From contig NC_043025.1 in assembly GCF_006345805.1 (NCBI RefSeq), forward strand, positions 9,858,001 to 9,922,000: a DNA stretch of 64,000 nucleotides, read 5' to 3'. A model generated the notes under the pieces. That model had not been told where the DNA came from. It searched no databases and worked only from the letters and a program-made list of their open reading frames with translations. The stretch's first letter is position 1. Each line of letters starts with the position of its first letter. The position numbers and the translations under genes were made by a program. This stretch comes from Octopus sinensis (Eukaryota). Of this stretch, positions 1-12,323 are shown piece by piece.

Positions 1-78
1 GCCACGCAGTGGGACTGAACCCGGAACCATGTGGTTGGTAAACAAGCTACTTACCACACAGCCACTCCTGTGCCTTAA

Positions 79-113
<35 letters not shown>

Positions 114-448
114 TTTAATAATAATAATATTAGGGAGTAAATCCAAACTTACATGGAAAATTAGATTTAGGATTAAATCTAAAATTATAGTATAAATATA
201 TATTATATTAAATTAGAGATAAAACCACTATTAGGCAAATCAAACAGTGAAAATCATAAGCCAATACATAGAAATAAAATTAATTAAAAATATATAAAAA
301 ATATAAAATATAAAATATAAAAATCCAATTAAAATATTTAAATTAAATATTTTATATTTTATATTTTTTATATATTTTTTAAATAATTTTATTTCTATGT
401 ATTTGCCTAGTAGTTGTTTTATCTCTAATTTAATATAATATATATATT

Positions 449-480
<32 letters not shown>

Positions 481-682
481 ATATATATATATGTAAATGA
501 GGGTGAAAAATTGATATTAATTTAATAATACCATTAATTTAACACCGAGTGGCTTAGCACAAAAAACTAGGGAGAAAATACAAATTTATACATAAATTAT
601 TAGAGAGTTACCACTATGTGGATAGCTCTAGTGCTAAAAATAGCTCCGATAGTATAGCCACAGAAGCGATATATATATATAT

Positions 683-1050
683 AAATTAATAGTTATCACC
701 ATACTAATATGGCATTCTTAAAAATAAGAATAAAGCTGTCGCTGATTAGCTCCATGAAGCCATCGCCTCAAGCTAGCTACTTGACACACAAACTGCGTCC
801 ATTATTAAACCTCCGAACAGGGGAGGTCAGCCGCTTCAACCAGCTAGTCCGACAGCTACAGACATGTTTCAGGGTTGTTGCCCCTTCTCAATGCAGCGTA
901 GTCAGACCTCCCCTGTTCGAAGGTTTAGTAACGGGTGCAGTTTGTGTGTCAAGTAGCTAGCTTGAGGTGGTGGCCTCTTGGAGCTAATCAGCGACAGCTT
1001 TGTTCTTATATTTAAGAATGTCATATTAGTATGGCGATAACTATTAATTT
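683..1050. mobile_element. MITE-like imperfect inverted repeat (146-bp arms)
   Basis: 683-828 pairs with 905-1050. Confidence 0.65.
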
Positions 1051-1501
1051 CCAGAAACGCTGCCGTAATCTCTTTTAAAGAGACTTAGTAATTTTAATAT
1101 TTCTATATATATATATGTATATTTATATTCTTTTATTCCTTTATTTGTTTCAGTCATTGGACTGGAACTATGCTGGAGTGATACATTTAGTCAAGCAACC
1201 CGACCCTAAGACTTATTCTTTGTAAGCTGAGCACTTATTCTATCGGACCATTTTGCCGAACAGCTAAGTTACGGGAACGTATACACACCAAGAGATGCGA
1301 CAAAATGGCAAAGGAATAGTTACTACAGAGAAGATATGAAATGCAGAGTGAAGTGGAGGAATGAAAACAGACCTGAGATAAGAAAGGATCTTGTATTTGC
1401 AATTCCATTATTTAAGCAGAGGTGGTGTACGTATATGTTTCCTGTACCTTGTGTGTAAATTCCAAAAGGGAGAAAGGAAGAATTGATATATATATATATA
1501 T

Positions 1502-1535
<34 letters not shown>

Positions 1536-1806
1536 GATAGGTATAGGAGTGGCTGTGTGGTAAGTAGCTTGCTTACCAACCACATGGTTCCGGTTCTGTC
1601 CCACTGTGTGTCTCTGTTTGTCCCCCCAACATCGCTTGACAACAGATGCTGGTGTGTTTATGTCCCCGTAACTTAGCGGTTTGGCAAAAGAGACCTCTAG
1701 ATAAAGTACTAGGCTTACAAAGAATAAGTCCTGGGGTCGATTTGCTCGACTAAAGGCGGTGCTCCAGCATGGCCACAGTCACATGACTGAAACAAGTAAA
1801 AGAGTA

Positions 1807-1859
<53 letters not shown>

Positions 1860-1885
1860 TATACCTCCCTGTTTTTTTCTGTGTA

Positions 1886-1923
1886 TCTTTCTGTCGAAGA
1901 GCATAGGCTCGAAACGTAAAAGA
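1886..1923 (+). ncRNA. Minimal type I hammerhead motif, CUGUCGA (A6U) core variant, in a Penelope-like repeat fragment
   Basis: tcttt-ctgtcga-a-gagc(atag)gctc-gaaa-cg-ta-aaaga; related copies at 5929-5966 (-) and 33362-33398 (-). Confidence 0.55.
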
Positions 1924-2483
1924 CTTTTTCTATTCCTGAGCGTTATACTAATACATTGTTTGTTTGTACTCCACCTGCCTTCTTCTTTTGTTTATTGTTG
2001 TAAACTTTCCCATTATATATACATATACATATACATATATTTTTTTTTTTTTCTGTACTTGTTTCAGTCATTTGACTGCGGCCATGCTGGAGCACCGCCT
2101 TTTAGAGTGGTGAAAGAGTACAGCAGGGATCACCACCATCCCCTGCCGGAGCCTTGTGGAGCTTTTAGGTGTTTTCGCTCAATAAACACACACAACGCCC
2201 AGTCTGGGAATCGAAACCGCGATCCTCCGACCGCAAGTCCGCTGCCCTAACCACTAGGCCATTGCGCCTATAAGTTTATATATATAAATTTATATATAAA
2301 TTTAAGCGTCCACTTCTGAACTAACTCACTCTGTGAGAGCCTCAGTTCAAATCGCACGTGCCTCGAATGGGCTGGAGTATTTCTATTTTGGATGTATTTG
2401 GGGTACTTAGTTGTGCCCGTGACTTAGTGTTTGCTTCTTCCATGGGTACGAGTAAGTATCTCATTTATTTCTTTTACCACATG

Positions 2484-2541
2484 TATCACTGACGAAGAGA
2501 GGGCTCTTATGAGTTAACCCTGAAATCGGTCCGATATGGTA
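2484..2541 (+). ncRNA. Type I hammerhead ribozyme motif
   Basis: tatca-CTGACGA-[stem II]-GAAA-tcg(gtc)cga-TA-tggta. Confidence 0.65.
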
Positions 2542-2916
2542 ATAATGGAATTTTTTAGAAATTTCTGTCGACCTTTATTTTTGGGTAACGTGCGTATTGT
2601 GAAAACATTGTATGGTTAATGGACAATATGTCCAATTTTTCGGCATATTTGGCATTAGAAATTTTTTCCTTTGCCCTCATTTATGAATTATATATATATA
2701 CACTCTTTTACTTGTTTCAGTCATGTGACTGTGGCCATGCTGGAACACCGCCTTTAGTCGAGCAAATCGACCCCAGGACTTCTTCATTGTAAGCCTAGTA
2801 CTTATTCTATCGGTCTCTTTTGCCGAACCGCTATGTTACGGGGACGTAAACACGCCAACATCGGTTGTCAAGCGATGTTGGGGGGGACAAACACAGACGT
2901 ACAAACATACACACAC

Positions 2917-2969
<53 letters not shown>

Positions 2970-3373
2970 ATACTAGCAGTATCGCCCGGCATTGCTTGGG
3001 TTTGTAAGGGAAATAACTATATAAGCATTTTTAGAGAGTTATAGCCAAAAAATAGCAAAAAAATGCATTAAAAATGGAAAAAAAATTATGGTAAATTTTT
3101 TTTTAAATCGTTGACTCATCGTAGACATTTTTAGAGAGTTACTTCCCTTATATAATAGCGAAAAAAATGCATTAAAATGGAAAAAAATGATGGTAAATTT
3201 TTTTTTAATTGTAGACTCATCGTAGACGCACGCTAATACCCAGAAGGGCTCGATATGAATCACGACTATATGATACCCGGTTTTGGTTAAACTGCACCGC
3301 AAAATGTGGGAGTAGTTAGGAATCTAAATCGTAGGGGACAGACAGCACACAACCTCACTTTTATATATAAAGA
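2970..3373. mobile_element. Non-autonomous Helitron-like (Lep1-type) element
   Basis: Terminus tactagcagtatcgcccggc...gcttggg; second copy 14255-14970 split by a SINE A; related fragment about 33466-33700. Confidence 0.55.
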
Positions 3374-4700
3374 TATCAATTCTTCCTTTCTCCCTTTTGG
3401 AATTTACACACAAGGTACAGGAAACATATACGTACACCACCTCTGCTTAAATAATGGAATTGCAAATACAAGATCCTTTCTTATCTCAGGTCTGTTTTCA
3501 TTCTTCCACATTGCATTTCATATCTTCTCTGTAGTAACTATTCCTTTGCCATTTTGTCGCTTCTCTTGGTGTGTATACGTTCCCGTAACTTAGCTGTTCG
3601 ACAAAGGAGTCTGATAGAATAAGTGCTCGACTTACAAAGTGTGCGTGTGCATGTGTGTGTGTGTGTGTGTGTCTGTGTTTGTCCCCTCAACATCGTAGGA
3701 GTGGCTGTGTGGTAAGTAGCTTGCTTACTAACCACATGGTTCTGGGTTCAGTCCCACTGCGGGGCACCTTGGACAAGTGTCTTCTACTACAGCCCCGGGC
3801 CGACCAAAGCCTTGTGAGTGGATTTGGTAGACGGAAACTGAAGGAAGCCTGTCGTATATATGTATATGTATATATATATGTGTGTATGTGTGTTTTTGTG
3901 TCTGTGTTTGTCCCCCCAGCATCCCGTAACTTAGCGGTTCGGCAGAAGAAACCGATAGAATAATTGCTAGGCTTACAAAGAATAAATCATGGGGGTCGAT
4001 TTGCTCGATTAAAGGCGGTGCTCCAGCATGGCCACAGTCAAATGACTGAGACAAGTAAAAGAGTATATGTGTGTGTGTGTGCGTCTGTCAGTGTGTATGT
4101 ATATGCGTGTTTGTATGTATGTATATAAGCGTGGTGCGTGTGTGTGCGCTTGAGGGCAATGCCCTTCTTTGTTTCTACCTACATAGCTCCCTCGTAATGC
4201 TTTTATTGGCTTCGGTGATTAGTAAAAACGTTTGTCCTCGTTGGTATGCAATGTAACTAGACCTGAAACCAACTACCTGACTACGAAGCATACCTCTTAA
4301 CGAAACAGGTATGGACTGAATTACATGCAGAAAGTGTGTAGGCCGCAATATGCAGGTGTTTATTTACTTTCATATCTAAATTCAGGTAATCTTATCACCT
4401 GTGTGACTTGTTTTGTGGGACACTTCTTCTGCCTGGAAATATTTTATCAGATTAAAAAAATATTGTTATATCAACATAGCAGCGTGGTTAAGAAATCTGC
4501 TTCCCAACCACGTGACTTTGAGTTCAATCTATATATATATATATATAGATATATACAGATATATATATATATATAATATAATATATATATATATATATAT
4601 ATAATAATATATAAGAAAATAGTAAAGAGTGAAAAAACAACAGAAGGCTTAAATGTTAAAAAATATATATATTTGCGTCAAAATGTCTGGAGAATATTGG

Positions 4701-4734
<34 letters not shown>

Positions 4735-5104
4735 TACTCTTTTACTCTTTTACATGTTTCAGTCATTTAACTGCGGCCATGCTGGAGCACCGCCTTTAGT
4801 CGAGCAAATTGACCCCGGGACTTATTCTTTGTAAGCCCAGTACTTATTCTATCGGTCTCTTTTTGCCGAACCGCTAAGTGACGGGGACGTAAACACACCA
4901 GCATCGGTTGTCAAGCAATGCTAGGGGTACAAACACAGACACACAAACACAAACACACACATACATATATACAACAGGCTTCTTTCAGGCATTGGTCGGC
5001 CCAGGGCTATAGCAGAAGACACTTGCCCAAGCCCAAGATGCCACGCAGTGGGACTGAACCCGGAACCATGTGGTTGGTTAGCAAGCTACTTACCACACAG
5101 CTAC

Positions 5105-5138
<34 letters not shown>

Positions 5139-6178
5139 ATGTATATGTATATATATAATAATGATAATAAAGGGTAAAATTAATTAATTAGTAATTGATA
5201 ATTTTACCAAGCAGTGCTCAGTATGTTAAAAGGACCATTTACGGTAAACATTACTTTCTATAATTAGGGTTCAGCCAAGAAAAAATTTACTTTGCCACAT
5301 ACCGAACTTTTAGAAATAGCAGACAAAGAATTTAGCTATTTCTTCTACTATTGTCTGGGAGATTCTTCTTATAGTAGAAGAAATAGCTAAATTCTTTGGC
5401 TGCTATTTCTAAAAGTTTGGTACGTGGCAAAGCAAATTTTTTTGCTGGACCCTAATTATATCAAGTACGTGGTAAGTAGCTTGCTAACCAACCACATGGT
5501 TCTGGGTTCAGCCCCACTGCGTGGCATCTTGGGCAAGTGTCTTCTACTATAGCCTCGGGCCGACCAAAGCCTTGTGAGTGGATTTGGTAGATGGAAACTG
5601 AAAGAAGCCTGTCGTATATATGTATGTGTTTGTCCCCCTAGCATTGCTTGACAACCGATGCTGGTGTGTTTACGTCCCTGTTACTTAGCGGTTCGGCAAA
5701 AGAGACCGATAGGATAAGTACTGGGCTTACAAAGAATAAGTCCCGGGGTCGATTTGCTCGACTAAAGGCGGTGCTCCAGCATGGCCGCAGTCAAATGACT
5801 GAAACAAGTAAAAGAGTAAATGAGAAAGAGTAATATATATAGTTGAGGTTTACAGAAAAACAAAAGACGGAAACAGGTGTGTAAACAACAAGCAGGTGTG
5901 TTAGTCTGATGGTCAGGAGGTGAGAAAGTCTTTCACGTTTCTAGACTACGTTCTTCAACAGAAAGGAACACGAGGAAATAAAGAGTGAGAGAATAAAAAA
6001 CAATTGTGAATAAATATATATATATATATATATATTCATATTTCAAAAATAGAAAATTACCCTTTAACAGGCAATTTTACATGCTAGAAATAGCAGCCAA
6101 CACGGCCAAAAAAACCACAATTTTTATAGCAAATTTCGAAGAAAATGGAAAATAAAAACCTTTACCTTGTTATATAAC

Positions 6179-6288
6179 GGTTATACCATGGTTTCGGATT
6201 ACTTAAGCAGAATAATATCGTTTGATATCTTTTAAAAGATAATTTAGCAAGACCATGTTATCTCCCAGGCGAATCTTCATCAGTAACC
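6179..6288 (-). ncRNA. Type I hammerhead motif with about 70-nt insert in stem II
   Basis: ggtta-CTGATGA-agatt...aatcc-GAAA-ccatgg-TA-taacc. Confidence 0.65.
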
Positions 6289-8625
6289 AGCCTAAACAAC
6301 TAACTTATAATTCAGAGACAGGATAACACATGTCCCATCATTATATGCTATAATTTTTCAAATATCGCGCGCAGGCGTATTTACAGTCAGCAATAGATAC
6401 AATGCCGAGATGAAACTTCGAGAATGCTAAGAACATATGAATATGAATATATATATATATATATATACTCTTTACTCTTTTACTCTTTTACTTGTTTCAG
6501 TCATTTGACCGCAGCCATGCTGGAGCATCACCTTTAGTCGAGCAACTCGACCCTGGGACTTATTCTTTGTAAGCCCAGTACTTATTCTATCGGTCTCTTT
6601 TTGCCGAACCGGTAAGTAACGGGGACATAAACACACCAGCATCGGTTGTCAAGCAATGCTAGGGGGACAAACACAGACACACAAACACATACATATACAT
6701 ATATATATACATATATACGACGGGCTTCTTTCAGTTTCCGTCTACCAAATCCACTCACAAGGCTTTGGCCGGCCCGGGGCTATAGCAGAAGACACTTGCC
6801 CAAGGTGCCACGCAGTGGGACTGAACCCGGAACCATGTGGTTGGTAAACAAGCTACTTACCACACAGCCACTCCTGCGCCTATATATATACATATACATA
6901 TATACGACAGGCTTCTTTCAGTTTCCATCTACCAAATCCACTCACAAGGCTTTGGTCGGCCCGGGGCTATAGCAGAAGACACTTGCCCAAGATGCCACGC
7001 AGTGGGACCGAACCCAGAACCATGTGGTTCGTAATCAAGTCTGAACATTTAGTTTGATTACAAACTAAATGTTCAGACTGTTCCCATGGTGCCAGAGAGA
7101 AAGAGAGAGAGAGAGATGATATGTGATTGGGTAGACTACATGAATTGTTGGTAAGGGGAGAGAAAGGCATAATTGAAGAGTGGAGATAATTTGATGCGGG
7201 TTGGCTGTTGTGAATGAAGAAGTATTTCACAATGTGGATTTGAAATAGAATATTGAGCAGAATGCATAATTAAATCTCGGAATGAGATTGAAACAGTAAT
7301 CGCTTGATAATGTAAAGTATAGAAGCCATCTTATCATGGCTAACCACATTGGGGAGGGGGTGTTACTGTAGCTTTATAGCCCCAAGAGATCGTCGTCTCT
7401 CGCTGGTTTTAGACACAATATCAGTGCCGTTGGAGTATTTGCAAAGGGAGGCCATCCCTTCCTCGCAAGCCTGAGTGATACGCTCGAACTAGTTTCGGGA
7501 TTTTTGTCCCTCGTCAATGGGCGGTAACCACCAGGTCGCGATGAAAGTGAAGGCTGCTTTGCAAATATATATAAGTTTTTTCTAGTGGCGTCAGCAGGAT
7601 GTTTGTTATAATGATATTTCTGCTTCAGCAACTCAGAGCTGAATCTGTCAGAAATGTAATGGAAAATAGGTCAGTTTAATTACAACAAAGTTATTTTACT
7701 AAAATCTTCATCATTTTCGAAAGACATGAAAAGAGAAAGGCAGCACAATTCAATGAAAATTTGGTAACGAAAGGTCAAAAACATAAACATATTTTTATTT
7801 CAATGTCAACTTTACAAACATTACCATCCTCATAGACATTATCGGCTTCTTTATCACACCGTCATCATCACATACATTATTATGGTAACAACCATAGACA
7901 TCAACTCTTTAGCATTTGGATTATTTTTGAATGTGATGCTTATTAATTCACATTCTTTTGAATTAATCATGCATTATCTCATAGCTTTCAGATTGCAATG
8001 ATAAGATTTTTTATTTTTAGAATGACATTGAAGAGCCAGTGTGAGAGGCTGGGTCTGGCCTTGTTTTCAATCAATCATGCATTATCTCATAGCTTTGAGA
8101 TTTCAATGATGTGATTGTTTATTTTTAGAAGGACATTGCAGGGTAGGTGTGAGAGGCTGGATTTGGCCTAGTTTGGAATTAATCATGCATTATCTCATAG
8201 CTTTGAGATTTCAATGATGTGATTGTTTTAATCTAGAATGACATTGAAGGGCAGGTGTGAGAAGTAAAATGTGTCCAATTTGAATATAAAACATCTAGAA
8301 TATTTTGGTCAGATATTGCCTGTTTTCAGGCTAAAGGGTTAACCCTTCTGATACCAATTCATCTGTGACCACCCCTACTTAATGTAAACATCTATCGTTA
8401 GTATTATTGTCTCTAATATATTGGTAGTCTTTCAGGTGTGAGAAAGACGCTTCTGCAATTTCTTGCTGGTCAACCTGCACAAATAGTTCATTTACAGGGA
8501 TCAAATAATTATTATGGTGATCAAATAATTAGCGCATTCCCTGCACCAAGCTGACAGGTGCAATCATAAATATTTGATGTATTGCAAACTGATATAAACA
8601 CCAATAAGAATCACAGTCGAAATTT

Positions 8626-9966
8626 TTATAGATTTTCGGTAAAAAATTCCCTGATTTTTAACCAGGACTTTTCTTGTGCCTCAGCATGTTGTCGAGGGTA
8701 ACCCCCAAAAATAGCAGGCCCCCTAAAGTATGTAGAATAACAAGAATTAAAGAGAGGGGTATATGGAGGTTCCAAGAGGTGGCCAGCACCCTCGTATATA
8801 ATAAATTCAACATCTTTTTTTTTCGCGGGTGTTAAGTTTTTGAGCCACATGTAATAGTCATCAGCGTAAAGTAAAGGGTCATCACCGCTGATGAAAAACA
8901 ATACTTTACTACGAGAACTTTCATCTAAATAAAACAATTTAGATTCATCTGTTTTCCAATTTGTAATCATGCATCCATCATCACTGTATACAGTATGGCC
9001 ACAATCAATTGAACAGCAATATGGCAGCTGTTTACCGTTATGGCGGATGCTAAAAACAAAGAAGGTTGGGGTAGCATTAATACTTATAGCAGCGCTTACT
9101 TGCGGACACTCTTTGGCCATATATAGAGCTATTACCCCTCCCAGAGATGTCCCTAACACACCTATACCTTTCTCACAGGAAACCTGCTCGTGGTTCATAA
9201 GATAATCAATAGCCTCTTCGAAATATTCAAAGTCAACCTCGTTGACGACTGAAGGTAAGTCTTTATAAGCAAAATAGGCCAAACTTAAAGTGATAAATCC
9301 ATTGGATGCTAACAGAGCCCCTCTGGATTCTATCAAAGAACCGGTGCTACCAAACAGGTCTATCACAGCAGGATACCGTCGTCGTTGTTGTCTGTTGGTC
9401 GTTTCGTCACTTGGTATGAATAAACTACCCCGAAGTCTTCCGTGGTTAACTGTGATTTTGCGGACACCAGATCTCATAAACGATCGTTGAACCAACTTCG
9501 TTGCCAATGGTTTTATATCAGAAGAAAAATCAGAGTGCTGTGAGATATGACCAGGGTGGACCATCATAGTGTAATCCAAAGATTTGGTGGCATCATGAGT
9601 CATAATTCTACCATGTTTTCCAACTGCCTGAGTCATACTCCAAAATAATCCCATGGGATCAATTCCAGTGTAAGTTCCCGCTAAACATGGGTCAGTGACC
9701 AGATTAACACATCCGTCAACTGAAGCTTTGAAATGTCCGAAAGACCTGAAAACGGTTTCTCTTTTCTTTGAGCTCTGTTCGATTGTGGCACTGACTGTGA
9801 CATTTTCTTCAGGTTTCAAACCAGAAACACTCACAGACAATTGCTCATCAACCAAACCCTTTTCTGGATTCACTGTTACCGAAACTAGCGCTCTGGATAA
9901 GAATGTTGGGTAGGTGGGTATATGACGTAGAGCAGAGAGTAGTTGGTAGGATGGACGGAGGATCAT
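8626..9966 (-). CDS. Acyl-CoA thioesterase / bile acid-CoA:amino acid N-acyltransferase (type I ACOT/BAAT family), 446 aa, single coding exon
   Basis: Uninterrupted ORF with family motifs: N-terminal FRSFGHFKAS...YTGIDPMGLFWSM, PAVIDLFGSTG, nucleophile elbow GTSLGG, SGDD (catalytic Asp), YEGAGHLLEPPY (catalytic His). A splice acceptor (ttttgtatttcttctgcag) precedes the ATG, exon start 9994. Confidence 0.93.
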   Translation of the reverse strand: MILRPSYQLLSALRHIPTYPTFLSRALVSVTVNPEKGLVDEQLSVSVSGLKPEENVTVSATIEQSSKKRETVFRSFGHFKASVDGCVNLVTDPCLAGTYTGIDPMGLFWSMTQAVGKHGRIMTHDATKSLDYTMMVHPGHISQHSDFSSDIKPLATKLVQRSFMRSGVRKITVNHGRLRGSLFIPSDETTNRQQRRRYPAVIDLFGSTGSLIESRGALLASNGFITLSLAYFAYKDLPSVVNEVDFEYFEEAIDYLMNHEQVSCEKGIGVLGTSLGGVIALYMAKECPQVSAAISINATPTFFVFSIRHNGKQLPYCCSIDCGHTVYSDDGCMITNWKTDESKLFYLDESSRSKVLFFISGDDPLLYADDYYMWLKNLTPAKKKDVEFIIYEGAGHLLEPPYTPLFNSCYSTYFRGPAIFGGYPRQHAEAQEKSWLKIREFFTENL

Positions 9967-10382
9967 CTTTCTCGGTCAGTGTTTACTTGGAGGACTGCAG
10001 AAGAAATACAAAAATAAAATGAGTTTTAGTACAGAATTCACGGTTTAGACAAGCAGGTTTTGCTTATAAAACAGTGACTTTAATTACTTATTAACATAAG
10101 AATTAATTAGATGTAGGATCAGATGTAATGATTATATAAAGAAGCAGCAGACTTGTGTCATCAAAAACGGTGGGTTTTCTTTGTGATAGAAAATGGCATC
10201 AGAAAATCAATGCAAGAAACCATTTACCTGTCGACCCTATGATATACCTGGTATTTACCTGTCAGCAAACAGGTAAATATCTGTACATACACAGAACTGA
10301 AGCACCTGAAGAATCAGATACAGTTCTAATGTCTTAGTTGAAATATCATCCATGTGTGTTTGTGTGTGTGTGTCTATGTATA

Positions 10383-10785
10383 TAGGCATAGGAGCAGCTG
10401 TGTGGTAAAGTAGCTTGCTTACCAACCACATGGTGCTGGGTTCAGTCCCACTGCGTGGCACCTTAGGCAAGTGTCTTCTACTATAGCCTCGGGCCGACCA
10501 AAGCCTTGTGAGTGGATTTGGTATTTGGAAACTGAAAGAAGCCCGTCGTATATATGTATATATATGCGTGTGTGTGCATGCTTGTGTGTCTGTGTTTGTC
10601 CCCCTAGCATTGCTTGACTACCGATGCTGGTGTGTTTACGTCCCCGACACTTAGCGGTTCGGCAAAAGAGACCGATAGAATAAGTACTGGGCTTACAAAG
10701 AATAAGTGTCAGGGTCGATTTGCTCGACTAAAGGCGGTGCTCCAGCATGGCCGTAGTCAAATGACTGAAACAAGTAAAAGAGTAT
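10383..10785 (+). mobile_element. SINE family A (tRNA-derived head, internal TA/TG microsatellite, LINE-like tail); representative full copy
   Basis: Head gcaggagtggctgtgtggtaagtagcttgc...gggttcagtccc; further copies at about 1-76(-), 1535-1805, 2703-2905(-), 3695-4065, 4736-5100(-), 5468-5830, 6467-7030(-), 14290-14635(-), 14972-15350(-), 28178-28800(-), 32015-32225, 33985-34370, 34385-34795(-), 39860-40187(-), 40955-41270, 51295-51690, 53385-53630, 54997-55155, 59895-60310, 60520-60845. Confidence 0.9.
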
Positions 10786-10804
10786 ATATAAGATTTTGCT
10801 GTGT

Positions 10805-11685
<881 letters not shown>

Positions 11686-11883
11686 AGCAAAAACTTTAAA
11701 TTTTGGACATAAGATTTACCAAGTGCTTCATATCCACAAAGCCAAACATTCAGAAAGGTTAATGCGGACTGGTTATCTCCCCTGGACCAGAGGCTACAAC
11801 TTCAATAAACCCGATAGCTAGTCGTGACTAATTGATCCTACGACTACCTAGCAAAGTAAACAAAACACAAAATAAATAATTTT

Positions 11884-12323
11884 GGCAATCTTTCGTTTGT
11901 AGTAGACCTTTCCGTCGAGTCGATTTCCGTAAAAAACTTTTATTTTTTTACATATGGGCTTGCATACACACACATACATACACACACACATAGATACATA
12001 CACACACATACATACATATACACATACACCGAGTAAAACATTTCAGTTATCTCTTTCTTTCACACATTACTCTGTCTCTTCACACACACTAACAGAAGCA
12101 CTTCACTTACACAACATACTGTCTGTCTCCCACACCCCATCAAACACACATGTACATCAATGCTTCGGTAACTTCAAAAGAACTTCCCTCGTCATACAAT
12201 CGCTTTCTCTTAGTCTCTTTCGCTCTCATTACTTCAAAAGTTCCCGCAAGCCCATATGTAAAAAAAAAAAAGAAGTTTTTTACGGAAATCGACGGAAAGG
12301 TCTACTAGAGACGAAAGATCGCC
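11884..12323. mobile_element. MITE with ~70-bp GGCAATCTTTCG TIRs; second copy inverted at 21241-21705
   Basis: Terminal inverted repeats and shared interior. Confidence 0.75.

Noticed and set aside
3695-3770. tRNA-like sequences at SINE heads (also 35394, 37976, 46010)
   Set aside because: They continue into SINE bodies and lack complete cloverleafs; not tRNA genes.
4240-4330. gttgg-TA ... GAAA-ccaac pairing resembling a permuted hammerhead
   Set aside because: No CUGANGA core at the required position.
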